A stretch of DNA of 64,000 nucleotides from Octopus vulgaris. Its lineage: Eukaryota. The DNA lies in contig OX597838.1 in NCBI GenBank assembly GCA_951406725.2, positions 22,816,001-22,880,000 of the forward strand. The letters run 5' to 3'. A program made the translations under genes and the position numbers. This document shows positions 12,869 through 25,387 of this stretch, piece by piece. A model generated the notes under the pieces. The model ran no database searches and was not told where the DNA came from. It saw only the letters and a list, made by a program, of their open reading frames with translations. The first letter of the stretch is position 1; every line of letters starts with the position of its first letter.

Positions 12869-14959
12869 TTAAAGAATTGGGTAATTTATGCTTTAGAAGA
12901 TTGGAAAAAAGTGGTTGGTTCACTTCCACAGCAAAACTCAAATTCCAGCTGAGCACTCTAACCATTAAGCAAAGAGACAACTAATGACAAATTGTCTAAT
13001 TACAATTATGGTTCTGGGTTCAGTCCCACTGCGTGACACCTTGGGCTTTCTGGAACGTGAGAACATTTTTATAAACAAACTTGTAAAAGCTACATGTGTC
13101 AGTATTCTACAGAAAATAGAGTAGCTGTGTGGTAAGATGCTTGCTTCCCAACCACATGGTTCCGGGTTCAGTCCCACTGTGGGGCATCTTGGGCAAGTGT
13201 CTTCTACTATAGCCTTGGGTTGACCAAAGCCTTGTGGGTAGATTTGGTAGATGGAAACTGAAAGAATCCCATCGTATATATATATGGCTGTGTGGTTAGG
13301 GAGCCTGCTTCTTAGCTACATGGTTTCGGGTTCAGTCCCACTGCGTGGCACTTTGGGTAGGTGTCTTCCACTATAGCCCCGAGCCGACCGGAGCTTTGTG
13401 GTTGAATTCAGTAGGTGGAAGTTACTGCCGTGTGTGTATGTGTGCATATAGCTGCTCAGTGCCTCTATGAAAGAGAGAGAGGGAGAGAGGGATATATATA
13501 TATATATATATAAATTTTCAGTATGAGATAAAAATCCAAGGCTGTGAAAGATTTTAGAACATTTAGCTGTAAGACCTTCTATTTATAAATGTTCTGAACT
13601 CTTTCACAGCCTTGGATTATTATCTCATTCTGAAAATTTTGTTATATATATACATGCTGTTATATGACCTACGTTGGACTCCTCATTCGCATAATCACCG
13701 AACCTGGAGCTTAACTATAGTCTGCCCATAGCACTTGCTCAGCATTACCTGACACCTTTGGGTCTTATTGACACCATTACCTCTCATAACCTGTATGTAT
13801 GTATGTATGTATGTATGTATGTATGTATGTATGTGTGTGTGTGTGTATGTATGTATATATATGTCATCATCATCATAATCATCATTTAACGTCCGCTTTC
13901 CATACTAGCATGGGTTGGAGGATTTGACTGAGGTCTGGCAAACCAGATGGCTGTACCAGGCTCCAATCTGATCTGGCACAGTTTCTACAGCTGGATGGCC
14001 TGCCTAATACCAACCACTCCGAGAGTGTAGTGGCTGCTTTTACATGCCACCGGCACGAGGGCCAGTCAGGCAGTACTGGCAACGGCCACGCTCAAATGGT
14101 GTGTTTTATGTGCCACCTGCACAGGAGCCAGTCCAGCGGCACTGGCAATGACCTCGCTCGAATGTTTTTTCACGTGCTACCAGCACAAGTGTCAGTAGGG
14201 CAACGAAAGGAATAGGATTCTTAATTCTTTTTATGTAGTGGTCGAAGGAAGCTCTGGCTTTTTTTAGGAGTGGTCAACATTACTATTCATGAAACAGAGG
14301 CTGGGAGCCTATTTCAGTTCGGGAGTGAATCATCATCACGTCTCTTAGTCACAAATACATGTCATACAGCTGCAATAGAATGCTGTATCACCAACAATTA
14401 TGTGATTTCTCTAAGACATCACCCAGTAATCTATCAAATCCATTTACACATTTCTCAATAGATACTGCTGTTATGACTTCCCAACCCTGCTCATGGGGAT
14501 TCTGTTTCTTTGTTAATTACTTATTTCTCATATGTGCGCGACATGGTGATCTCATATCAAGATAAACAGCGCATGACAATGTAGGTGGGGTCCAGTTAGA
14601 ATCCCACTCAAAAGGTCCCTGAATAAGGATTGTTTAAGGACGTTGAACGAAACACCCATGTTTCCAAAGGTGAATTATCCAAACCTCCAAGAACCCCTCT
14701 CAACACATGGCTATGATGCTCCCTCACTACTTCTGCTCGTGATCAGAGATGCACATATCGTCAGACACTAAGGGATGAAATGCTTAGAGGTATTTCACTC
14801 ATCACTACATTCTGAGTTCAAATTCCACCAAGGTCAACTTTGCCTTTCATCCTTTCGAGGTCGATAAATTAACTACCAGTTGTGTACTGGGGTCGATCTA
14901 ATCAACTGGCCCCTTCCTCCAAACTTTCAGATTTGTGCCTCTAGTAGAAAGGATTATTA

Positions 14960-15003
<44 letters not shown>

Positions 15004-15371
15004 TCCCCTGCCTTAGCGAAGGTGGAGGTGGGGATGAGTCGATTACATCCCCCTCCAGTGTCCAACTGGTACATAATTGATAAAATATGCACTGGGGTCA
15101 ATTTAATAGACTAGCCCCCTTCCCCAAAAATATTTTCAAGGCCTTGTGCCTAGAGTAGAAAGGATTATTATTATTATTTAAGGCGCTGAATTGGCAGAAT
15201 CATTAGGGGTTGATAAAATAAGTACCAGTTATGCACTGGGGTCAATGTAACAGACTAGCCCCTTTCCCCAAAAAATTTTCCAGGCCTTCTGCCTAGAGTA
15301 GAAAGGATTATTATTATAATTATTATTATTATTATTGAGTTTGCTTTTCTTTATTTTTTTTTTTTCTCTAG

Positions 15372-15473
15372 GCTATACAGCTCGCCGGCAGGCAAAGAAT
15401 GAAGCCTTCAGATGCAATTCTGACCCCTAAAGAGGTGCTGGACTGCAGCTATCTAAGGCTTTCTGAAGCTAAG
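15372..15473 (+). CDS. C16orf78/DUF4638-like nested gene, exon 3 (AIQLAGRQRMKPSDAILTPKEVLDCSYLRLSEAK)
   Basis: Long T tract + CTAG acceptor, GTGACA donor, 102 nt; PxEVLxCxYLRLS matches the recalled C16orf78 C-terminal motif. Confidence 0.8.
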
Positions 15474-16637
15474 GTGACATGTTCCATTTCTGTTCTTTAA
15501 TTTTATTAAACTGCGGTTTTCAGGGGCGGGGAGACAGCTTTTTCTTCATGACAAATAGTGAGTGAGGTGGTGGTTGTGGTGGTAGTGGTTGTGGTGGTGG
15601 TGGTGGTGGTGCTGCTGCTGCTGTTGTTGTTGTTGTTGTTGTTGTTAAGTAACAAGACAGGTAAGGGTGATTAGGTGATGGTCTAGGGCTTAGGGGCAGG
15701 AGACCCCAGACCTTGGAAAAAAAAAAAGAACTTTGGTTGTCTTGTTGTAGTCGAGGGCTCTTCGTTGACGCCCGACACCACTGGGAGGTGGCCCTGAAGT
15801 CACTGGAAATGGAGATCTCCAGGTCCAAATTCTTGAACAGCTGGTGGTGGTGGCGGCCGCGGTGCTATTAGTGATAGTGATGGTTGTGATGGTGGTGGTG
15901 AAATGAAATGAAAAGTAACAGTATACCCAGGATACAGAATATAAAGTTAGTAAATTGATGGAGTCGTTAGAACTATCATCCTCCTCCTCATCATTTAACA
16001 TCCCTTTTGCTTTTCCATGCTAGCATGGGTCGGACGGTTTGACAGGAACCAACAAACCAGAGGGCTGCTGTGCCAGCATTGGCTCCAACATTAGCCTTGG
16101 CATGGCCTCTACAACTTGGTGCCCTTCCTAATACCCACCACTTTGCAGAATGTACTGAGAGCGTTTATCATGACACCAGCGCTAGAGAGATCACCAAGTA
16201 CTCGTAAAGAGGTCCAGGACAATAAACCCCACCCCCCATGGACAATAACCTCCCCCATGGACAATAACTGCCCAAGAACAACAGATGATGATTTAAAACT
16301 TCTTAATATATCGGGGAGGGGTTAATTAACCAGGGGGGGTAATTGTCCTAGGGGGTAGCTGTCATCGGGAGCGGAGATTATGTTATACGGGGTAATTGTC
16401 CTGATAAAAATTAAGCTGAGCTGAGCTATTTTCCAACTGAGTCACACAATATTCAGAGACTGATAACATTGAATGTGTTTAAGATAAAAACTGAGCTGAG
16501 CTGAGCTGAGCTATTTTCCAATTGAGTTGCATAATACACAGAGATTGGTGATGTTGATTGTGCTTTGGATAAGAGCTGAGCTGTTTTCCAACTGAGTCAC
16601 ACAGTACACAAAGACTGATAACATTGAATGTGTTTAA

Positions 16638-16948
16638 CCCCTTACCCAACAATTATTTTGAAAATAAATGTATTTTTTCAGACATATTTTTTATTAGTTT
16701 CAGTCAATACATGCTCTATAACTCTTTCATCTATATACAAAGAAAAAAATCAAAAGGACTCATTGTCACTGCCAGACGTATAAAGTGAGCGAATATACTC
16801 GTATATGTCAAAAAAGAGTTTATAATAGACGAAGGAACTCGTTTGCTGTCGATTTTGGCGAGTCTATCTTTTGACGAGTTAACTCGCCAGAGATAGAAAA
16901 AAACGATTTCGGTCAAAACGCATATATTCGTTTCTGCCGGGTAAGGGG
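16638..16948. mobile_element. piggyBac-type MITE with TTAA target-site duplication
   Basis: TTAA-CCCCTTACCC...GGGTAAGGGG-TTAA. Confidence 0.8.
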
Positions 16949-17109
16949 TTAAGGTAAAAACTGAGCTGAGCTGAGCTATTTTCCAGTTGAGTCACATAAT
17001 ACACAGAGATTGGTAATGTTGATTGTGCTTTGGATAAGAGCTGATCTGAGCTGTTGTATGACTGAATCTGAGCTAATACAATAACTTTTTATTCATTTAT
17101 GTTTTCCAG

Positions 17110-17218
17110 ATAAAAGAATTAGAACAGGCGTGCAGAGACAGAGGTACGGATCCAGGAATACACAAGCACATGTCCTTCGATGAACTGAATAAGATAGAAA
17201 TATTTGAAAAAGCATCAG
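17110..17218 (+). CDS. C16orf78/DUF4638-like nested gene, exon 4 (IKELEQACRDRGTDPGIHKHMSFDEL...)
   Basis: TTCCAG/GTACAG, 109 nt, phase 0/1; IxxLxxxCxDxGxxxxIHxHM continues the DUF4638 motif. Confidence 0.8.
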
Positions 17219-17351
17219 GTACAGCAATCATTTTGCTCATTTATTGTTGTCGTTGTTGTTGTAGTAATTTTACCTGTTTTAGGGAGTTTTTTTTTACATT
17301 GTTTGTTGTCTGTTTTTAATGAGAGGAAAAAGAAGGCATTTTTTTTAACAC

Positions 17352-17390
<39 letters not shown>

Positions 17391-17437
17391 CCATCATCAT
17401 CACCATCATCATCACCATCATCACCATCATCATCATC

Positions 17438-17468
<31 letters not shown>

Positions 17469-17626
17469 CCATCATCATCACCATCATCATCATCACCACC
17501 ATCATCATCATCACCATCATCATCATCCCCATCATCATCACCATCATCATCACCACCATCATCATCATCACCATCATCATCACCATCATCATCACCACCA
17601 CCACCACCACCACCACCACCACCACC

Positions 17627-17672
<46 letters not shown>

Positions 17673-17705
17673 CCACCATCACCACCACCATCATCATCAT
17701 CATCG
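17352..17705. repeat. (CAT/CAC)n compound microsatellite
   Basis: Direct reading. Confidence 0.95.
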
Positions 17706-18209
17706 TCATTTGCAACATCCACCTTCAGTTGGATTTCCAACGGCCAGCTGCATTTTCTATCAACAAGCCCAACCCCTTGCTTCCCCGAGCAAGGAAATAC
17801 GGTTTCTCCCAAGTCCCTCGAACACAGACAGCTCAATGGCCGGACATGTTTACACAGAAGATTGTATGTGAACGACAATCTTGCGATGCTTGTTTACAAT
17901 TAGCATGTGATGTCAAGACAAGGACACACACACACACACATCATCATCATCATCATCATTTAATGTCCACTTTCTATGCTGGCATGAGTTAGATGACACC
18001 AGGTTCCAGGGTGATTTGGCATTGTTTCTATGGCTGAATGACCTTCCTAATGCCAACCATTCCAAGAGCGCAATGGGTGCTTTTTTTTATGTACCACTGT
18101 TAAGGGGTACCTTCATGTGCCACCAGCATCAGTTGCAACTAAAACTTCACTTCACCTGACAAGTCTTCTCGAGCACAGCATATCAGCAAGGTTGGTTTAT
18201 ATATATTCA

Positions 18210-18415
18210 AAATGTGACCGCGTGTGTACCGTTGGTGATTTTTTTTTCCTCTGTCTTCCCTTCTCTGGATCTTTCCTTCTCCTATGTTTCCGACGAAAAG
18301 CTCCGCTCCAAACGTAAAACCCTCCTTCTTTCCTGAGCGTCCAATAATACTATATTTGTTCCACGTCCTCGCGTTGTCGTGTTTTTTTGTGCTTTCTTGT
18401 TTGGATTAACTTTAT
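18210..18415 (+). mobile_element. Penelope-like non-autonomous repeat with a degenerate hammerhead motif
   Basis: gttt-CCGACGA-aaagc.tcc.gctc-CAAA-CGTA-aaac at 18286-18320, TA-flanked. Confidence 0.4.
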
Positions 18416-18419
18416 ATAT

Positions 18420-18451
<32 letters not shown>

Positions 18452-19532
18452 TATCATCATCATTTAACACCCATGTTCCCTGCTAGCATGGGTGGGACGG
18501 TACCACAAGAGCCGGCCAGACTGAAGCCAGACTTCTGCACCAGACTTCTGCAACTGTTTTGGAAGGATTTTTACAGCTGGATGCCCTTCCTAACACCAAC
18601 CACTCAGCAGAGTGGACCTTAGTACTGTCTATGTGGCACAAGCACAGGTGAGGTCAGTTTTGGCAAGGTTTTTACAGCTGGATGCCCTTCCTAACACCAA
18701 CCACTTTACAGTGTGGACTGGGTGCTTTTAAGTGGCACCTGCACTGACAGGGTCACCAAGTAATTTCAAGGCAAAATCCTTTAAGAGGGGAGGAAGCATT
18801 GAAGGAGGTGATGATGATGAAAAGGTTATAGTGAGACAGATACAGGTATCTTGCTGTAGAGGAATTACAAGGTCACATGACCGGAGAGAGATCAGAAGAC
18901 AGAAACAGGTGTGCTACCACGGCACAGGTGTGGCTGTGTGGTAAGAAGTTTGCTTCTCAACCACATGGTTCTGGGTTCAGTCCCACTGCATGGCACTTTG
19001 GGTGTCTTCTACTATAGCCTTAGGCTGACCAAAGCATTGTGGGTGGATTTGGTAGATAGAAACTGAAAGAAACCCATCGTTTGAGGGGTACTTTTTTTTT
19101 ACATGCCAGTTATGCGCCACTGGCTTTGACCACGACTACAATCTCACTTGGCTTGATGGGTCTTCCCAAGCACAGGATATCCTTTTCTACTCTAGGCACA
19201 AGGCCCGAAATTTGGGGTGGGGGGGGCAGTCGATTAGGTTGACCCCAGTACACAACTAGTACTTAATTTCTCAACCCCAAAAGGATGAAAGGCAAAGTCA
19301 ACCTCTCCACCAAAATTACTGGCATTGTGCCAAATTTTCAAACCAATATCTACTTATAGAAATCGCATTTATTATAAATAACAAAAATGTTGAAATTAAA
19401 CAAAAAAAAAAAGAAAAAGAAAAGGCTAAATAAACAGTTTTTTTTGGTTTTTAATTATTTTGTTGTTTAATTGTATATTTATTCTGTTTTACTCATTTAT
19501 TTTTGTTTCTTAATTTTTTTTCATTTCGACAG

Positions 19533-19603
19533 ACGACAACCCTGCAGAGAGGAAAGGTTCCCGGCACCGTGGCGTCAATGTAGACCAGAGAGGCAAATTA
19601 TAA
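19533..19603 (+). CDS. C16orf78/DUF4638-like nested gene, terminal exon (DDNPAERKGSRHRGVNVDQRGKL*)
   Basis: Long pyrimidine tract + ACAG, phase 1 fits exon 4, TAA at 19601-19603. Confidence 0.7.
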
Positions 19604-19607
19604 AGCT

Positions 19608-19613
19608 AATAAA
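19608..19613 (+). terminator. polyadenylation signal AATAAA of the nested gene
   Basis: AATAAA 4 nt after the stop codon. Confidence 0.45.
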
Positions 19614-21011
19614 AACCGTAAAACCAAAGTTATCGCCATCCATCGTTCTCTCTCCTCATTATCACAAAGCTTTCTCATATCCTTTGGCCTTGTATTTTAA
19701 TTCTGACTTACTCTTTTACTTGTTTCAGTCATTTGACTGTGGCCATGCCCTTCCTAACGCCAACCACTCTGCGAGTGTAGTGGATGCTTTTTACATACCA
19801 CCGGTACAGGTGCCAGGAGGGGCTGGCAGTGGCCACAATCGGTTGGTGCTTTTTACGTGCCACCAGCACAGAAGCCAGTCAAGGTGGCGTTGGCATCGAC
19901 CATGTTTGGATGGTGCTTTTTACATGCCACATGTTGATGTACTGGACTCAATAGGTCTCCTCAAGCACAGCAGGTCACCCTACAATCCAAGGTAAGCACA
20001 GCAGGTCGTTCTGCAATCCAAGGTACTTTGGATGGGCTGGGGCTATGCGAAACTGGTGCAGGATGTCCAGAACTGATGACATCAGCAAGCTGGTAACCAA
20101 TCTGGTCTCTGGTAAACACATTAAGGACTTATTTTTATCACTACAAACAAATCCTTTGTGCAGGGTGCTCAGCAAAAGCTGAATGTTTATATGTCCACTT
20201 TGACAAGACAGTCCGTCATTTAGACCAGTGTTTCTCAAACTATCTGACGTGGCGTACTGTCAGTTTTTTTTTCCAATGTGCCAGGGATCGGTAATATTTC
20301 TTAATAATATTATTTTCACTGGAAACAATCTATATAATGGATATAATAAAAGTTGACAAATTTTTTTTTATCTTATATTTATTTTGTATACAAATAATAC
20401 AATATTAAGTAAGCATTTTAAAAGAATTTTATAATGTTTCTTTCTTTTCTGGAAACTCACCGCGTACCAGTAGCTTATGGCTCACAGACCAACACCGGTT
20501 CGTGGAGCACAACTTGGAGTAGCACCGATTTAGATTTCACACTGATTTTCGTTGTTCTGTTAACCATCCAAAATATTTTGTCAATATGTGTGCCCCCACC
20601 ACCACCAACAACAACAACTTGCTAGCCCTGGTCAAACTGTCCAGCCTATACCAGCATGGACAACAGACATTAAATGATGATGATGATGATCATCATCATC
20701 ATCATTTAACGTCCGCTTTCCATGCTAGCATGGGTTGGACGATTTGACTGAGGACTGGCGAGCCAGATGGCTGCACCAGGCTCCAATCTTGATCTGGCAG
20801 AGTTTCTACAGCTGGATGCCCTTCCTAACGCCAACCACTCCAAGAGTGTAGTGGTTGCTTTTACATGCCACCGGCACAAGGGCCAGTCTGGCGGTATTGG
20901 CAATGGCCACGCTCGAAATGGTGATTTTTACGTGCCACCTGATGATGATGATGATGGTGTACGTGTGTGTGTGTGTACATGTATGTATATATGAAAGTAA
21001 AACTGACTGAC

Positions 21012-21119
21012 CTTGCTAGTTTTGTGAATGTTGTTAAGACAGACAACACAGTTTAACGTCGGGTAACTCCAGCAGCTTGACCGACCACAGGTGGACCACA
21101 GGGTGACTTTTGTGGATTT
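21012..21119 (-). CDS. RNF215: RNF215-like exon 6 (KSTKVTLWSTCGRSS...VVCLNNIHKTSK)
   Basis: ATCCAG/GTCAGT, 108 nt; matches recalled KLTLWTTCG...LVCL. Confidence 0.85.
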
Positions 21120-21979
21120 CTGGATAAAGAGAGAGAGAGATAGAAAAATGATTGTGCTTGGAAGTACAAAAGAATGAAAGAAAGAAGGGAAGAAAAAGAA
21201 TGACAGAAAGAATAGAAGAAAGAAAGAAAGAAAGAAAGAGAGAAAGAAAGGGAGAAAGAGAGAACTTTTCCTATATGGTAACTGCAGGGAATTTGCCTTT
21301 TAGCAGCTGAAATATGTCACAAACAAATTTCAACGAACCTAAATTCTGCTCATACCTAAACACTGCTTTGCGTCAATGCTCCGTTAATATACATACATAC
21401 ATACATATATTCTATCGGTCTCTTTTGCCGAACCGCTAATATTACGGGGACGTAAACACACCAACATCGGTTGTCAAGTGATGTTGGGGGGACAAACACA
21501 GACACATATACATATATATACATATACATATATATACATATACGATGGGCTTCGTCCAGTTTCCGTCTACCAAATCCACTCACAAGGCTTTGGTCGGCCC
21601 AAGGCTATAGTAGAAGACACTTGCCCAAAGTGCCACGCCGTGGGATTGAACCCGGGACCATGTGGCTGGTAAGCAAGCTACTTACCACACAGCCACTCCT
21701 ATGCCTATATCAGCTTATCTGCAATAAATTGGTTGGCTATACTTCTACAACATGCGAAATATTTTAACAATTTTTTTTATGCAATTTCTAATATTTAATG
21801 ATGAAAATATAATAGGATTTTTTTAAAACAATGAACAGTTAAGAGGGTCCATATCAGTAATATAAGAATCAAAGAGGTCCATAGGTGAAAAATGGTTGTT
21901 GATAAACACTGGTCTACAGAGTCAAGGTTGACCTGGGGTTAAATAACGACAACAAGAAGTTGAAGAAGAAAATTCTAAC

Positions 21980-22034
21980 CTGAAGATCGAAGTTTGATCC
22001 ATTGAACATGATTTTCACCTTGGCTTTCAGCTTC
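21980..22034 (-). CDS. RNF215: RNF215-like exon 5 (KLKAKVKIMFNGSNFDLQ)
   Basis: TTTTAG/GTTAGA, 55 nt, phase 2/0, which exactly complements exon 4. Confidence 0.75.
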
Positions 22035-22609
22035 CTAAAAGATGAGAATAAATGAAATATAACAAATGAAATATAAATAATTTGTTGTCTGGGGAGAGTC
22101 ATTTTTTTTGTGCCTTATAATGTAACACACTCACCGGTAAAATTTCCACTTATTTCTTATTTTTATTTTCCTAAAATTTTCGTTGCGTCTTGCAACCTTT
22201 TCAATAGTCTTGAAAAGGTAAAATAAGCGGAAATTCTAACGGTGAATGTGTTACATTATAAGGCACGAAAAGAAAATGACTCTCCCCAGACACAATAGAA
22301 TATGCTTCAACACACAAACTCACATAAAGAATCTTGCAAACCAAATCCAAAAACGAAATATAAATATTTTGTTCAACCTGTTGGGCCTAACATTAATTAT
22401 TTTGCTAGTCCTTCATCCCCACATAGCATCCCTCTGGAACTCTCACCCCGTTCGTATCTTTCCTGCAGGTGATGACTTGTATAGGTTTCATTAGAAAATT
22501 AACATCTCCAATCTTGAAGATTTCAGAAGGACAGCTGCAACAGAGACTACAAAACTGCGGTCAGTAGGAATGGACATAGCAGGCATTCTGACTGCATCCA
22601 CATGCCAGA

Positions 22610-23035
22610 ATCCATCAAACAACTGATGAACAGAGCCTTAGACTCAGTTCAGACATCTATGTGAAGCTGCTGGAAACTGTGGTCAAATCCTGGCTAGAGA
22701 GGATTGCTGCTGGAAGGCCTTATGTATCACAGCAACATTCGGCTCCTTGTATATCTTCAGAAAGGGTCAGAAGTGGTTGCTGGAGAATTCATATGACTTC
22801 ATTGGCCCCAATTTCTAAACTCCTAACTCCCTTTGATTGTAATCCCATGGATTACCATGTATGGGGCACAGTTGAGAAAGCCACCAGCAGCTCTGCTGGC
22901 AACACCTAGACCAAGCTGCTGGCCAAGATGAAAGAGATGCTTGAAGATCTTCCTAGGGACACACTGAAGAATGCATGTACCAGGTTCCAGAGCCGTCTAG
23001 AGGTCCTGGTGGAAGCTGAAGACAGCTACTTTGAG
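22610..23035 (+). mobile_element. degenerate Tc1/mariner transposase fragment
   Basis: QQHSAPC...DCNPMDYHVWG resembles QQDSAPxH...SPDLNPxDxxVWG. Confidence 0.7.
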
Positions 23036-23376
23036 TAAATTATTATTTCCCAGTCATAATCATCATCATCATCATCATTTAACACCCGTTTTCCATGCTG
23101 GCATGGGTTGGACGGTTTGTCTGAAAACTGGTAAGCTGAGAAACTGCATCAGGTTTCAATCTGATCTGGCATGGTTTCTACAGCTGGATGCCCTTCCTAA
23201 TGCCAACCACTCAGCACCTTGGGCAAGTGTCTTCTACTATAGCCTCGGGCTGACCAAAGCCTTGTGAGTGGATTTGGTAGACGGAAACTGAAAGAAGCCC
23301 ATGGTATATATGTATATATATATATATCATCATCATCATCATCATCATCGTTTAACGTCCGTTCTCCATGCTAGCA

Positions 23377-23429
<53 letters not shown>

Positions 23430-23739
23430 GGTGTGTATATGTTTGTGTGTCTGTGTTTGTCCCCCAACATCACTTGACAACCAATGCTGGTGTGTTTACG
23501 TCCCCGTAACTTAGCGTTTCGGAAAAAAGTGACCGATAGAATAAGTACTAGGCTTACAAAGAATAAGTCCTGGGTTCGATTTGCTCGACTAAAGGCGGTG
23601 CTCCAGCATGGCCACAGTCAAATTACTGAAACCAGTAAAAGAGTGAATACCCCATATATTAATATGCTTGCATAGGATATAAAAAAAAGGCAACAAGGGA
23701 GCAAATAAGGAAGAAGGGATATAGTAACAGAGTCCTTAC

Positions 23740-23825
23740 TGTCCCTGATCCAAAAGGAGGTTTGTGACATTGTCCATGACATCCAGGATTATAATAGGAT
23801 GGAAGAAAATTTGGGAAACATCCAA
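23740..23825 (-). CDS. RNF215: RNF215-like exon 4 (LDVSQIFFHPIIILDVMDNVTNLLLDQG)
   Basis: TTGCAG/GTAAGG, 86 nt, phase 0/2; matches recalled LDISQLLLRPVIVL...NVTKLL. Confidence 0.85.
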
Positions 23826-25348
23826 CTGCAATGACAACAACAATAAAGAACACTTTAGGCCTGTGATTCTCAACTGGGGTTCGTGCGGCCCTTTAGGGTC
23901 CGTTTATAAGATTTTGTTGTTAAATATTTATTTGCAATAAATTGGTTATATTTCTATGGTACACCAAATATTTAAAACTTTTTTTATACACAGTTCTTAA
24001 TAATATTTAATTATGAGAATATAACAGGATGTATTTGAAAAAAAAAAAAAAATTGAATGAGCTAGGAGGGTCCATTTGAATAAAAATAGGAATCAAAGGG
24101 GTCCACAGGTAAAAAGTGGTTGAGACACACTGATTTAGAATATAGATGACAATGATGATCGGTGGTGGTGGTGGTGTTGCTGTTGGTGGTGGTGTTGTTG
24201 ATAGTGGTGGTGGTGGTGGTGGTAGTGGTGGTGGTGGCAATGGTGATGGTGGTGGTGGTGATAGTGGTGGCGACGGTGGTGATAGTGGTGGTGGTGGTAA
24301 TGGTGGGGATGTTGATGATAGCCATGGTGATACAGTAGAGATGACAATGACGATGATAACGACTACAAAATGGAGGTGATGATGATGATGATGATGGTAA
24401 ATAGGATGATAGTAATGATGGTGATGATGATGGCAGCAATTAAGATGATTGTAATAATGATGATGATGATGATGAACAAAGACAGTGACTATGTTAATAA
24501 TGACAATGTTGATTATACTGTTTACAGCCACAAGGCCACAAATACATAATCAGGGGGACTCTGGGGTGGGAGCGCATGTCTCTCTCTCTGTATTTGTCCC
24601 CACCACCACAGCTTGACAGCCAGTGTTGGTTTGTTTGCATTCCCAGAACTTGGCAAAAGACCCCAACAGACTGAGCATCAGATTTTAAGAAGACACAGGT
24701 ACCTATTTCTTTATTACCCACAGGGGGCTAAACACAGAGGGGACAAACAAGGACAGACATAGGTATTAAGTCGATTACATCTACTCCAGTATGTAACTGG
24801 TACTTAATTTATTGACCCCGAAAGGATGAAAGGCAAAGTTGACCTCGGCAGAATTTGAACTCACAACGTAACGGCAGACGAAATACCGCTAAGCATTTCG
24901 CCCGGCATGCTAACGTTTCTGCCAGCTACACAGGTACCGGCTTCTTTTACAGACTGGACTGGGTACTTGCTTTTCACATGGCACCAGCACTAGCAATGTC
25001 ACCAAATAACTTGCAAAACAAAGATCCATATACATACATATTTCAGATATTCTCATTTCAAAAATCATCTCTTGCTAATCTTTGAAAGGACATTGGTGTT
25101 ACCTTGGCGGAGGTTAGCGCTCTCTGGGTGCACTTGTTATTATTATTATGATTACTGTTAGCACGCCAGGAGAAATGCTTGGCAGTAATTCATCTGTCAC
25201 AACGTTCTGAGTTCAAATTCCACCGAGGTCGACTATGCCTTTCATCCTTTCAGGGGCAATGAAATAAGTACCAGTTATACACTGCAGTCGATGTAATCAG
25301 CTAGCTCCCTCCCCCAAAATTTCAGGCCTTGTGCCTTTAGTAAAATGG

Positions 25349-25387
<39 letters not shown>

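Noticed and set aside
17204-17992. 262-aa poly-Ile/Thr ORF and the antisense poly-Met/Asp ORFs
   Set aside because: Pure (CAT/CAC)n microsatellite in an intron; stop-free only because of its composition.
20060-20220. Unique-looking segment as an extra exon
   Set aside because: No phase-compatible splice pair is needed or found for either gene.
24007-24531. His/Pro/Thr-rich ORFs
   Set aside because: (GGT/GAT)n low-complexity repeat with no splice or homology support.
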